NCBI GenBank assembly: GCA_965202805.1
Contig: OZ241869.1
Coordinates: forward strand, 2,848,001 to 2,912,000
Reading direction: 5' to 3'
DNA from: Longimicrobiales bacterium
GTDB lineage: Bacteria; Gemmatimonadota; Gemmatimonadetes; Longimicrobiales; Gaopeijiaceae
Length of the DNA stretch: 64,000 nucleotides
The position numbers and the translations under genes were made by a program. This document shows, one piece after another, positions 45,721 to 56,267 of the stretch (position 1 is its first letter; each line of letters starts with the position of its first letter). The notes below the pieces were generated by a model, which saw only the letters and a list, made by a program, of their open reading frames with translations, was not told the DNA's origin and made no database searches.

Positions 45721-46716
45721 ATGCTGCGCCTGCCCCCGTTCCGCTATCACCGGCCCCGAACGGTCGACGAAGCCGTGGGGCTGCTGGACCGCTGGGGGAG
45801 CCGGGCGCTTCCGGTCTCCGGGGGCACCGACCTCATCCCCAACATGAAGCACCGGCTGTTCACTCCCGACCACCTGGTCGCGCTCAGGCAGATCCCCGGC
45901 ATGAGAGGGGTCCGGCGCGAAGGCAGCGCCCTCGTGATCGGCGGGGCGGAGACGCTGGCGTCGGTGGCGCGGCATCCGGAGGTGCGGCGGCGGTTCCCGT
46001 CGCTGGCCGCGGCCGCCGGGCAGGTGGCGGGGCCGCAGTTGCGCAACATGGGCACCCTGGGAGGCAACATCTGCCTGGACACCCGCTGCACCTACTACAA
46101 CCAGACGGAGTTCTGGCGGGATGCCCTCGGGTACTGCCTGAAGAAGGATGGAGACGTCTGCCACGTCACCCGCGTGGGGAAGAAGTGCGTGGCCGCGCAC
46201 TCGGCGGATACCCCGCCCGTGCTCATGACCCTGGGCGCGAGCGTGGAGCTGGCCGGGCCGGAAGGGCGCCGGGCAGTGGGGCTGAACGACTTCTTCCTGG
46301 CCGACGGCATCTGGAACAGTCGCAGGAAACCGGGCGAGATCGTGACCCGGGTGCGCATTCCGTTTCCCTCGCGCGACAGCCGCGCGGCGTACACCAAGCT
46401 GCGCCAGCGCCGCTCGATCGACTTCCCGCTGCTCTCGGTGGCGGTCTCCGCCGACTTCCAGCGCTCCGGAAGGGTCTGCCAGATCATGGGCGTGGTGACC
46501 GCGCTGGGGGCCCGTCCGCGGCTGCTGACGGGGTGGGCCCGCATCGCCCTGGGCCGCACGCTCTCAACCGAGGTGATCGAGACCCTCGCGGAGCGGGCCC
46601 ACCGCCAGTGTCATCCGCTGGAGAACGCGATCGTCGATGCGGACTGGCGGCGGGCGATGGTGCCGGTTCAGGTTCGTCTTGCACTCGGGGCGCTGCGGGA
46701 GCGGGGCGGCGCCTGA
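45721..46716 (+). CDS. FAD-binding subunit with [4Fe-4S] insert, HcrB-like
   Basis: SGGTDLIPNMK, RNMGTLGGNICLDTRCTYYNQ..WR..LGYCLKKDGDVCHV....KC. Confidence 0.9.
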   Translation: MLRLPPFRYHRPRTVDEAVGLLDRWGSRALPVSGGTDLIPNMKHRLFTPDHLVALRQIPGMRGVRREGSALVIGGAETLASVARHPEVRRRFPSLAAAAGQVAGPQLRNMGTLGGNICLDTRCTYYNQTEFWRDALGYCLKKDGDVCHVTRVGKKCVAAHSADTPPVLMTLGASVELAGPEGRRAVGLNDFFLADGIWNSRRKPGEIVTRVRIPFPSRDSRAAYTKLRQRRSIDFPLLSVAVSADFQRSGRVCQIMGVVTALGARPRLLTGWARIALGRTLSTEVIETLAERAHRQCHPLENAIVDADWRRAMVPVQVRLALGALRERGGA

Positions 46717-46763
46717 GTCAATCCAACCCGACCCGACCAACCGAAACCACACCGAGCAACCAT

Positions 46764-48008
46764 ATGCGCGCCGTCCGTTTTCACGTTTCCATTCCCGGTT
46801 ACCTGATTGCCAAGTCCCTCGGCCGGGTGACCGACTGGGCGCTCTTCGGGGCCGCCGGGGGCGTCAAGCTGGAGGAGTTGCCTGCCCCCGCGCTGCCGGG
46901 GCCGTCGTGGGTGGGGCTGGAGGTGCTGCAGAGCGGCATCTGCGGCTCGGACATCAGCAACGTGACCTATGCCGCCAGCCCGTCGATGGAGCCCTTCGGC
47001 TCCTTCCCGGCGGTGCTCGGACACGAGGTTCTCGCCCGGGTGGCGGAGACCGGGCCGCAGGTGCGCGGGCTGGAGGTGGGCCAGCGGGTGGTGGTGGACC
47101 CGATGATCTCCTGCACCACCCGGGGCTTTGGCGCGGCGGACGACTGCCGCTCCTGCGACGCGGGGCTCCACTCCACGTGCGAGCGGGCGGGGGAGGAGGG
47201 CCCCGCGCGCGAGGACGGCAGCCGCCTGGGGCGCGGGCTCACCATCGGCTACCACGGCGATCTGCCGGGAGGCTGGGCGGAGCGCATGCTGGCGCACGAG
47301 AGCCAGTTGTTTCCGGTTCCGGACGCCATCCCCGACCGCCGCGCGGTCCTGACCGAACCGGTCTCCATCGGGTTGCACGGCGCGCTCCGCAGCCCCCCGC
47401 ACCCGGACGAGCCCGTGCTCGTGATCGGCAGCGGCCCCATCGCGCTGGGCACCATCTGGGCCTTGCGCGCGCTGGGCTTCGACGGGTTTCTGCTGGGGCA
47501 GACCAAGCGCCGGCACGAAGCGGAGCTGGCGCGCGCCTTCGGCGCCTCCGACGTGGTGTCGCCAGGTCTGGAGGCGCGCAACGCGCTGGTCGACACCGGA
47601 GCCGTGGCCTATCAGCCCATCGTGGGCCCCGAAGTCTTCGAGCGGGGAGGGTTTCCGCTGATCTTCGACTGCGTGGGCAGCGCGGGAAGCCTTTCCCAGG
47701 CGCTGAGCTTCGCCGCCCCGCGGGGACGCGTGGTGATGCTGGGATGCGCGGGCCGGACCACGCTCGACCTGACGGCGATGTGGGCCCGGGAGCTCGACCT
47801 GAAGGGCTACGTGGGCTACGGCCAGGAGCGCTGGCGGGGCGGGACCCGCCACACCATGGCGATCGCGCACGAACTGATGGAAGAGACGGGCACGCCTCTG
47901 GAGAAGATGGTGACCCACGTCTTCCCGCTGGCACAGTTCCGCACGGCGCTGGGCGCCGCCGCCAACCATCGCGCGAGCGGGGCGGTGAAGGTGGTGCTGG
48001 AGCCGTGA
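46764..48008 (+). CDS. Zinc-binding (MDR) dehydrogenase
   Basis: SGICGSD, LGHEV, C..C..C..C structural Zn, GSGPIAL, DCVG, KVVL. Confidence 0.9.
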   Translation: MRAVRFHVSIPGYLIAKSLGRVTDWALFGAAGGVKLEELPAPALPGPSWVGLEVLQSGICGSDISNVTYAASPSMEPFGSFPAVLGHEVLARVAETGPQVRGLEVGQRVVVDPMISCTTRGFGAADDCRSCDAGLHSTCERAGEEGPAREDGSRLGRGLTIGYHGDLPGGWAERMLAHESQLFPVPDAIPDRRAVLTEPVSIGLHGALRSPPHPDEPVLVIGSGPIALGTIWALRALGFDGFLLGQTKRRHEAELARAFGASDVVSPGLEARNALVDTGAVAYQPIVGPEVFERGGFPLIFDCVGSAGSLSQALSFAAPRGRVVMLGCAGRTTLDLTAMWARELDLKGYVGYGQERWRGGTRHTMAIAHELMEETGTPLEKMVTHVFPLAQFRTALGAAANHRASGAVKVVLEP

Positions 48009-48070
48009 GGTCCGGTAAGCGGGGATTCCGGGGGGCGGGCGCGCCGCCACCGGGCGCTATAATGTTCGGC

Positions 48071-49666
48071 ATGCGCAAGTTCAACACCGAAGGGCCGGTC
48101 GTCACTCGCCGGCACTATTGCGTCCCGCCGCTCGAGCGCGTCGACCTCGCCGGGATTCTGGGGCTGATCCGGGACGAACGTTATTTCGTGTTGCACGCAC
48201 CTCGCCAGACCGGCAAGACCTCGACTCTGCTGGCGCTGCGCGACCTGCTCAACAGCGGCGCGGAGGGCAACTTCCGGTGCGTCTACGCCAACGTGGAAGT
48301 CGCTCAGACCGCGCGTGAAGACGTCGGACGCGCCATGCGGGCCATCCTGAGCAGGATGTCCAACGGGGCACTGGAGATCGGCGACGAATACCTCGCCCGG
48401 AATGCCCGCGGCATTCTTGAGGATGCCGGCCCGGATGACGCCCTCACCACGGCGCTGACCCGCTGGAGCCTGGCCGATTCCCGGCCGCTCGTGCTGTTCA
48501 TCGACGAGATCGACTCGCTGATCGGTGACAGTCTGATCGCCGTCCTGCGCCAGCTGCGCGCCGGATACCATCAACGGCCCCGGAGCTTCCCGCAGAGCGT
48601 GGTGTTGTGCGGGGTGCGGGACGTGCGCGACTACCGCATCCGTTCGAACTCGGAGAACGCCGTAATCGCGGGGGGCAGCGCGTTCAACGTCCGGGCCGGG
48701 TCGCTCCGCCTGGGGGACTTCACCCGGGCCGAGGTGCGCGCGCTGCTCGCTCAGCACACCACCGAGACCGGCCAGGCGTTCGAGCGGGAGGCTCTCGATG
48801 CGGTGTGGACCGGAACCCGCGGCCAGCCGTGGCTGGTGAACGCGCTCTGCCGGCGGGCCTGCTTCGACACTGCGGGCGGGCGCGACCGCTCGCGGGCTAT
48901 CGATGTCGGCGACATCCTCGACGCCCGGGAGTACCTGATCGAGAGCCGGCAGGTGCATCTGGACCAGCTCGCCGACAAGCTGCGCGAGGACCGCGTGCGG
49001 CGCGTGATCGAGCCGCTGCTGAGCGGCGGCGGGGAGAGCGACGCCTCGGCCCGGGACCTGGATTACGTCCGCGATCTCGGTCTCATCGCGCGGGACGGCC
49101 CGCCGCGCATTGCGAACCCGGTCTATGCGGAGGTGGTGCCGCGCGAACTCACGTACGCGGTGCAGGCGACGCTCCTCCAGGATCCGGCCTGGTACGTGGA
49201 TGCCCGGGGCGGGCTGGATGCCGACGCGCTCCTGGCAGCCTTTCAGGGCTTTTTCCGCGAGCACTCGGAGCACTGGGTGGGGCGTTTCGACTACCGGGAG
49301 GCGGGGCCGCAGTTGCTGCTGCAGGCGTTCCTGCAGCGGGTCGTGAACGGCGGCGGGCGCATCGAGCGCGAATACGGGCTGGGCCGGGGGCGCACCGATC
49401 TGCTCCTGATGTGGCCGCGGGGCGGCGCGCAGGGGCCCGGCGTTCCGTTCGACCGGTTCGCGGTCGAGTGCAAGGTGCTGCGCGGGAGCCTTGAGCGCAC
49501 GATCACCGAAGGGCTCGCGCAGACGGCGGGCTACATGGACCGCTGCGCCGCGCGCGCCGGGCATCTGGTGATCTTCGACCGCCGCGAGGGGAAGGCCTGG
49601 GACGAGAAGATCTTCCGGCGCGAGGAATCCGCGAGCGGACGCAGGATCGTAGTCTGGGGAATGTAG
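48071..49666 (+). CDS. AAA-like P-loop ATPase with C-terminal PD-(D/E)XK-like domain
   Basis: FNTEGP, Walker A APRQTGKT, Walker B LFIDEID, GQPWLVN, REYGLGRGRTDL...FAVECK...Q.AGY. Confidence 0.85.
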   Translation: MRKFNTEGPVVTRRHYCVPPLERVDLAGILGLIRDERYFVLHAPRQTGKTSTLLALRDLLNSGAEGNFRCVYANVEVAQTAREDVGRAMRAILSRMSNGALEIGDEYLARNARGILEDAGPDDALTTALTRWSLADSRPLVLFIDEIDSLIGDSLIAVLRQLRAGYHQRPRSFPQSVVLCGVRDVRDYRIRSNSENAVIAGGSAFNVRAGSLRLGDFTRAEVRALLAQHTTETGQAFEREALDAVWTGTRGQPWLVNALCRRACFDTAGGRDRSRAIDVGDILDAREYLIESRQVHLDQLADKLREDRVRRVIEPLLSGGGESDASARDLDYVRDLGLIARDGPPRIANPVYAEVVPRELTYAVQATLLQDPAWYVDARGGLDADALLAAFQGFFREHSEHWVGRFDYREAGPQLLLQAFLQRVVNGGGRIEREYGLGRGRTDLLLMWPRGGAQGPGVPFDRFAVECKVLRGSLERTITEGLAQTAGYMDRCAARAGHLVIFDRREGKAWDEKIFRREESASGRRIVVWGM

Positions 49667-49706
49667 GGGCGACGTCGGCCCGATTCCAGGCTGTCAGATG
49701 TTCGCG

Positions 49707-50168
49707 CTATGACGGACGCTGGCGCCTTTCTTCGCGCCCGGCCATGAACAGCCCAAGAAAGTAAGCGGCGACCGCCACCGTGAGCGTTCCTGCCGACACG
49801 AGTGATCGCGTCCGAGCTGTTTCGGCGGGTTGGAGATCAGGGCCGCCACCGATCTGGCCCCGAAGCACCCGGGCGCTGTCCAGAATCTCTCTTGCCCTCT
49901 GCATCGCAACCGAGTCCAGAGTTCCCTCGCCCGCCGCCAGGACCGCGTCCAACGTGTCCGTTATCGCTGTAAGCCGACGGTCTGCGGACTGGAATCGCGC
50001 CGATGCGGCTCGGGCATCTTCGAGGTCGATCACCGCCATGGCTGCGGCGACCGATACCGCGCACCACCCTACGAGGAGCAACGCAGCCGTCCATTTTGGC
50101 AGAACCGCGTATGCGCGGCGAGTCTGGTCCACTGCGGACGGCTCTTCGTTGGGGCGGGACGGTTCCAT
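49707..50168 (-). CDS. Hypothetical two-TM membrane protein
   Basis: Two hydrophobic segments flanking a helical region; GAGG SD; immediately downstream of sufU. Confidence 0.6.
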   Translation of the reverse strand: MEPSRPNEEPSAVDQTRRAYAVLPKWTAALLLVGWCAVSVAAAMAVIDLEDARAASARFQSADRRLTAITDTLDAVLAAGEGTLDSVAMQRAREILDSARVLRGQIGGGPDLQPAETARTRSLVSAGTLTVAVAAYFLGLFMAGREERRQRPS

Positions 50169-50177
50169 TCGGTCCTC

Positions 50178-50645
50178 TCAGTCTCCCGTCGAGCCATCGG
50201 CCTGGCCCCGGACCCGCTTCGCGGCCTCCTGCAGCGCGTCGAAGCCGAGCAGCGCGCACTTGATGCGCACCGGGAACTTGCTCACCCCCTGAAGCGCGCG
50301 CAGTTCGCCCAGCGTCCTGTCGCGGGCGGCTTCCTTGCTCCCGTGCATCATCTCGGTGAAGCGCTCGGCGAGCACCAGGCCCTCGGCGAGGGTCTTCCCC
50401 TTCAGGCGAACGGTCATCATCGACACCGAGGCCTGCGAGATGGAGCAGCCGTGGCCGAGGAAGGTGGCGGCGGTCACCCGCTGCTCGGCATCCACCGCCA
50501 GGTACAACTGGATATCGTCGCCGCAGACGGGGTTGTTCATGTGCACGACCACCGTCGCGACGGGCAGCCGGCCCTTGTTTCGCGGCTTGCGGTAGTGCTC
50601 GAGGATGAGCTGCTGGTAGAGCGAACTCAGGGCGATCTGGGTCAT
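50178..50645 (-). CDS. sufU: SUF system NifU-like scaffold/sulfur transfer protein
   Basis: LYQQLILEHYRKPRNKG, NPVCGD, GCSISQAS, FPVRIKCA. Confidence 0.95.
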   Translation of the reverse strand: MTQIALSSLYQQLILEHYRKPRNKGRLPVATVVVHMNNPVCGDDIQLYLAVDAEQRVTAATFLGHGCSISQASVSMMTVRLKGKTLAEGLVLAERFTEMMHGSKEAARDRTLGELRALQGVSKFPVRIKCALLGFDALQEAAKRVRGQADGSTGD

Positions 50646-50670
50646 GGTGCGGTTTCCGCGGTCGGTCGCC

Positions 50671-51948
50671 TCAGCCGAAGATGGCTCTCACCCGGTCCAG
50701 CCCCTCGACCAGCCGGTCCACGTCTTCGGTGCCGTTATAGAAGTAGAACGACGCGCGTGAGGTGGCGTGCACGCCGAAGTGCTTCATGACCAGTTGGGCG
50801 CAGTGGTGGCCCGCCCGCACGGCCACCCCTTCCGTGTCCAGGATGGTCGACACGTCGTGGGCGTGGGCATGGTCGAGCAGGAAGGACACCACCCCGCAGC
50901 GCTCGTCGGCGGGCGGCCCGAAAAGGCGGATGCCCCTGACGGTCGCCAGCCGCTCGAGCGCGTACTCGAGCACGGTGCGCTCGTGTTCGGCGAGCGCGGC
51001 GTGCCCGATGCCCGTCAGGTAGTCGGCGGCCGCCCCCATCCCCACCGCGCCGGCCACGTTGGGGGTGCCTGCCTCGAACTTGTGCGGCACCTCGGCCCAG
51101 GTGCTGTAGTCGCGCTCGACCACCGAGATCATCTCGCCGCCGCCCTGGTAGGGCTCCATCCGGTCGAGCAGCTCGCGCCGTCCCCAAAGGACGCCGATTC
51201 CGGTGGGCCCGCACATCTTGTGGCCCGAGGCGGCGTAGAAGTCGCATCCGAGCGCCGCCACGTCGACGGGGAGGTGGGGGGCGCCCTGCGCGCCGTCCAC
51301 GAGCAGGAGGGCGCCGCCGGCGTGGACCTGCTCGGCGATCTCCGCCACCGGGTTGACCGTCCCCAGCGCGTTGGACACGTGGGAGAGCGCCACCATGCGG
51401 GTGCGCGGCGAGAGCAGTCCCGGGAGCTGGTCGAGCCGGAGCCGGCCCTCGTCGTCGAGCTCCAGGTAGCGCAGGCGGGCTCCGGCGCGGGCGGCGGCGA
51501 GCTGCCACGGCACCAGGTTGGAGTGGTGCTCCTGGGTCGACAGCACGATCTCGTCGCCCTCGCCGAGGAAGGTGTGGCCCCAGGCGCTCGCCACCAGGTT
51601 GATCGCCTCGGTGGTGCCGCGCGTCCAGACCACCTCGGAGGCATCGGCGGCGCCCAGGAAGCGGGCCACCTTCCGGCGCGCGCCCTCGTAGGCCTCGGTC
51701 GCCCGGCGCGCCAGCTCGTGGATGCCCCGGTGCACGTTCGCGTGGTCGTGCCGGTAGTAGCGCGCGATGGCATCGATGACCGCGTCGGGCTTCTGGGTGG
51801 AGGCGGCGTTGTCGAGGTAGACCAGCGGCTTGCCGTGGACTTCCTGCCGGAGGGCCGGGAAGTCGCGCCGGGCCGCGGCGGCGAAGGCGTTCGCGCGCGA
51901 ACGCCGGTCGCTGGCGCGGGCCCCGGCCGGCGCCGCCGGGCCGTTCAT
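50671..51948 (-). CDS. sufS: Cysteine desulfurase
   Basis: LVYLDNAASTQKP, EHHSNLVPWQ, SGHKMCGPTG, RAGHHCAQ. Confidence 0.96.
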   Translation of the reverse strand: MNGPAAPAGARASDRRSRANAFAAAARRDFPALRQEVHGKPLVYLDNAASTQKPDAVIDAIARYYRHDHANVHRGIHELARRATEAYEGARRKVARFLGAADASEVVWTRGTTEAINLVASAWGHTFLGEGDEIVLSTQEHHSNLVPWQLAAARAGARLRYLELDDEGRLRLDQLPGLLSPRTRMVALSHVSNALGTVNPVAEIAEQVHAGGALLLVDGAQGAPHLPVDVAALGCDFYAASGHKMCGPTGIGVLWGRRELLDRMEPYQGGGEMISVVERDYSTWAEVPHKFEAGTPNVAGAVGMGAAADYLTGIGHAALAEHERTVLEYALERLATVRGIRLFGPPADERCGVVSFLLDHAHAHDVSTILDTEGVAVRAGHHCAQLVMKHFGVHATSRASFYFYNGTEDVDRLVEGLDRVRAIFG

Positions 51949-52271
51949 TTTCCCGCCAGCACGAACACCGCCGAGTCCCTCACCTCGGTCGGGTAGGAGC
52001 GGACCGGCCGGATCGCGGGCAGGCAGCGGGGACGCCCGCTGGCCAGGTCGAAGCGGGCCCCGTGGTACATGCACTCGACCTGGTCGCCCTCCAGCGTCCC
52101 GTCGGAGAGCGGGTAGTCGGCGTGGGAGCAGCGGTCGCGCAACGCGTAGAACGTGCCGTCCACGTTGGCCAGCACCACCGGGGTCTCTCCGGCCATGACC
52201 GCGAGCAGCGATCCCGGAGGGCACGATTCCACATCGGCCACGCAATGCCACTCGGGTTTCTTCCTAAACAC
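51945..52271 (-). CDS. Rieske-type ferredoxin
   Basis: CSH...CMYHGARFD; GTG start with SD; ATGA overlap with sufS. Confidence 0.9.
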   Translation of the reverse strand: MFRKKPEWHCVADVESCPPGSLLAVMAGETPVVLANVDGTFYALRDRCSHADYPLSDGTLEGDQVECMYHGARFDLASGRPRCLPAIRPVRSYPTEVRDSAVFVLAGK

Positions 52272-52345
52272 CGGCCCTTCCCTCCCCGGGCGCGCGGCCT
52301 CCCTCCCGCAGCGAGGACGCCTTCGCGCCGCCGGCCCTCGGCCTG

Positions 52346-53707
52346 CTAGTGGGCACGGAGCTTCTCCTCGATGGCGCGCGTCACCTTCTCGGTCACGCTT
52401 CCCGGCGGCCGCCGCTGCAGGACGTCCTGAAGGAAGCCACGCACCACCAGGCGTTCCGCCCGCCGGCGCGAGAGTCCGCGGCTCTGAAGGTAGAAGAGGG
52501 CCTCCTCCTCCAGCTGGCCCACCGTGGCCCCGTGGGAACAACGGACATCGTCCGCTTCGATTTCGAGGTTGGGCAGCGCATGCGCCGAAGCCTCTTCCGA
52601 GAGCAGGAGGTTGCGGTTGGTCTGGTATGCGTCGGTGCGCTGGGCGCCGGGAGAGACCCGGATGATGCCGCGGAACACCGACCCGGAGGCGTCGTCGAGC
52701 GCTCCCTTGTAGAGCAGATCGCTGGTGGCGTGGGGGGCCGCGTGGTTCTGGCTGGTGCAGTGGTCGAAGTGCTGGTTCTCGTTGCCGAAATAGAGCCCCA
52801 GGATGTGGCTGTGCGCCCCGGGCGCGGCCAGCTCCGAGTTCAGATCCAGCCGCGCGGTGCTCGCCCCCAGGGTCACGTGCAGCGAATCCGTGCGCGCGTC
52901 GCGCCCGACCAGCGAGCGGTAGAGCGCCATGTGAAACGCGCCGAGTCCCATTCTCTGCACGGAAGCGTAATGGGTGGTGCTGTTGTCCCCGCCCAGCACT
53001 TCCGTCGCGGACAGGAAAAAGGCCTGCTCGTCAAAGCTCGGCGAGAGGATCTCCTCCACGACCGAAAGCGTGGATCCACTCTCGCCCACCACCAGGGTGC
53101 GGGTGAAGTATGCGGCCGCCGGATCCGACACCCAGCGGGTGATGCGCACGGGCAGCGGCAGAGTGAGGTTGCGCGGCACGAACAGCACGGCGCCATCGGT
53201 CCAGAGCGCAGCGTTGAGCGCCGAAAACTTCCCCTGGTCCGGGGGGATCGCCTCGACCGCCAGGTGCTCGCGCAGCAGGTCCTCGTGGCTGGCGACCGCA
53301 TCCGCGAGCGACATCAGCACCACGCCCTGGGCCGCCAGTTCGGGCAGGAGGTCGGTGTGCACCACCCGGCCGTCGATCTCGACGATGTGCCCGGCAGCGT
53401 CCCAGTCCTGGCGCATGGCCTGGCGCAGCTCGGGAGGCCAGTCGTCGGCGGAGATCGGGGTTCCGGGGGCGGCGGGACGCAGGGCGTCCAGGCCGAGGGT
53501 GCGCGACAGGTCGGTGTAGCGCCACTCCTCGAGCCGGGTCGTGGGCAGAGGCATCCGCTCGTAGGCCTCCCAGGCCCGCCAGCGCCGTGCGGCCAGCCAG
53601 TCCGGCTCGCCCGCGGCCAGGCGCTCCACGGCCGCCGCGTTGATGGTCGCCGTCACTCCTTCCAGCGGCCCCGCGGCGGGAGCCTGTAATGTCGATGTCC
53701 GGGACAT
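52346..53707 (-). CDS. sufD: Fe-S cluster assembly protein SufD
   Basis: EEWRYTD, YKGAL, AQRTDAYQTNRNLLLS, PNLEIEADDVRCSHGATVG, FYLQSRG. Confidence 0.95.
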   Translation of the reverse strand: MSRTSTLQAPAAGPLEGVTATINAAAVERLAAGEPDWLAARRWRAWEAYERMPLPTTRLEEWRYTDLSRTLGLDALRPAAPGTPISADDWPPELRQAMRQDWDAAGHIVEIDGRVVHTDLLPELAAQGVVLMSLADAVASHEDLLREHLAVEAIPPDQGKFSALNAALWTDGAVLFVPRNLTLPLPVRITRWVSDPAAAYFTRTLVVGESGSTLSVVEEILSPSFDEQAFFLSATEVLGGDNSTTHYASVQRMGLGAFHMALYRSLVGRDARTDSLHVTLGASTARLDLNSELAAPGAHSHILGLYFGNENQHFDHCTSQNHAAPHATSDLLYKGALDDASGSVFRGIIRVSPGAQRTDAYQTNRNLLLSEEASAHALPNLEIEADDVRCSHGATVGQLEEEALFYLQSRGLSRRRAERLVVRGFLQDVLQRRPPGSVTEKVTRAIEEKLRAH

Positions 53708-53773
53708 GCCGTGGCTTCTATGCTCAGCGCCCGCGGGCGGACGCGGATGTGCGTGTGATCCTGACGCTCCCCT

Positions 53774-55189
53774 CTATCCTACCGACCCCTCCATCTCCAG
53801 CTCGATCAGCCGGTTCAACTCCACCGCGTACTCGAGGGGCAGCTGGCGGGCGATGGGCTCGATGAAGCCGCGCACGATCAGCGCCATGGCCTCCTCTTCC
53901 GGCATCCCCCGGCTCATCAGGTAGAAGAGCTGCTCCTCCCCCACCTTGGAGACGCGGGCCTCGTGCCCGACCGTGGACTGGTTCTCGTCGATCTCGATGT
54001 AGGGATAGGTGTCGGTGCGCGCCGCCTCGTCGATGAGAAGGGCATCGCATTCCACGTTCGACCTGGCGTCCGTGGATCCCTCGTAGACCTTGCACAGCCC
54101 CCGGTAGCTCGCCCGTCCGCTCCCCTTGGAGATGGACTTGGAGACGATCGACGAGCTCGTGCGGGGCGCCGCGTGCACGACCTTGCCGCCGGTGTCCTGG
54201 TGCTGGCCGTTGCCCGCGTAGGCGATCGACAGGATCGAGCCGTGCGCCCTCTCGCCCACCAGGAAGCAGGACGGATACTTCATGGTGAGCTTGGATCCGA
54301 GATTCCCGTCGAGCCATTCCATGGTCGCGTTCTCGTGCACCAGCGAGCGCTGGGTCACGAGGTTGTACATGTTGTTGGACCAGTTCTGAATGGTGGTGTA
54401 GCGGAAGTGCGCGCCGGGCTTGACCACGATCTCGATCACGCCGGAGTGGAAGGACTCGGTCGAGTAGACCGGGGCGGTGCAGCCCTCGATGTAGTGCGCG
54501 CGCGAGCCCTCGTCGGCGATGATGAGGGTGCGCTCGAACTGCCCCATCTGCTCCTGGTTCACTCGGAAATACGCCTGCAGCGGGGTCTCGAGCTCGACGC
54601 CGGGCGGGATGTAGACGAAGGATCCCCCGGACCACACGGCCGAGTTCATGGCCGCGAACTTGTTGTCGCCGGGGGGCACCACGGTTGCGAAGTGCTCGCG
54701 GAAGAGCTCCGGGTGGTTGCGCAGTCCGTCCTCGATGGAGTCGAAGATGACGCCCTGGGCCTCCCACTCCTCCTTGAGGGAATGGTAGACCATCTCCGAT
54801 TCGTACTGGGCGCCGACCCCGGCCAGGATGTCGCGCTCCGCCTCGGGGATGCCCAGTCGGTCGAAGGTCTCCTTGATGTTCGCCGGGACGTCGTCCCACG
54901 ATCGCTCCATGCGCTCCTGGGGGCGCACGTAGAAGAAGATTTCTCCCAGCACCGACTCCAGTTGGGATAGGTCGCCGCCCCAGGTGGGCATCGGCTTGGC
55001 GTTGTAGATGCCGAGCGACTTGAGGCGGAAGTCGAGCATCCACTCCGGCTCGCCCTTCTGCGCCGAGATCTCGCGCACGACCTTCTCGTTCAGGCCGCGC
55101 CCGCTGCGGAAGACGGGTTCGTCCTCGGTGATGAAGTGGTATTTGTAGTCGTCGAGCCCGATGTCCTGGACGGCTTCGTTTGTGGGCAT
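53774..55189 (-). CDS. sufB: Fe-S cluster assembly protein SufB
   Basis: [54 protein letters not shown]. Confidence 0.97.
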   Translation of the reverse strand: MPTNEAVQDIGLDDYKYHFITEDEPVFRSGRGLNEKVVREISAQKGEPEWMLDFRLKSLGIYNAKPMPTWGGDLSQLESVLGEIFFYVRPQERMERSWDDVPANIKETFDRLGIPEAERDILAGVGAQYESEMVYHSLKEEWEAQGVIFDSIEDGLRNHPELFREHFATVVPPGDNKFAAMNSAVWSGGSFVYIPPGVELETPLQAYFRVNQEQMGQFERTLIIADEGSRAHYIEGCTAPVYSTESFHSGVIEIVVKPGAHFRYTTIQNWSNNMYNLVTQRSLVHENATMEWLDGNLGSKLTMKYPSCFLVGERAHGSILSIAYAGNGQHQDTGGKVVHAAPRTSSSIVSKSISKGSGRASYRGLCKVYEGSTDARSNVECDALLIDEAARTDTYPYIEIDENQSTVGHEARVSKVGEEQLFYLMSRGMPEEEAMALIVRGFIEPIARQLPLEYAVELNRLIELEMEGSVG

Positions 55190-55217
55190 TTTGACCTCGC
55201 GGGTTGGCCGTTCGCCG

Positions 55218-56003
<786 letters not shown>

Positions 56004-56092
56004 TGCTGTCGATGATCGGGGATGCCGGCCCGCGCAGGGGCGGGAGCCCATGGGTGGGAGAAGACTGAGGGCTCCCGTTGGAGCCCTGTAAT

Positions 56093-56107
56093 CAAGAATG
56101 ATTCTCG
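56093..56107. promoter_or_regulatory. Fur-box-like inverted repeat upstream of the suf operon
   Basis: CAAGAAT-G-ATTCTCG (AGAAT-n-ATTCT core) in an AT-rich patch about 90 nt upstream of sufC. Confidence 0.5.
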
Positions 56108-56267
56108 GTTTCAGGAATCTAGAATTGGCCGTCCGAAGGGTCAAGCAGATGACGCCGTGCCGCAGTGTCGCGATGCAGGATCGTTACCGGAGGCCGGCGC
56201 CCGGGCGAGGCCTCGTCCGAAGGGGCCTGTGCGAGGGGGCCTGTGCGAGGGGGCTGGCTGGTGCGGC

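Noticed and set aside
41837..49666. Apparent giant ORFs (1288, 958, 924 and 1009 aa) suggesting fusions
   Set aside because: Their N-terminal parts are off-frame read-through of adjacent real genes in GC-rich DNA; recognisable domains start at 42203, 44710, 46764 and 48071
56221..56253. Short tandem repeat GGGGCCTGTGCGAG x2
   Set aside because: Only two copies; likely local slippage with no functional evidence
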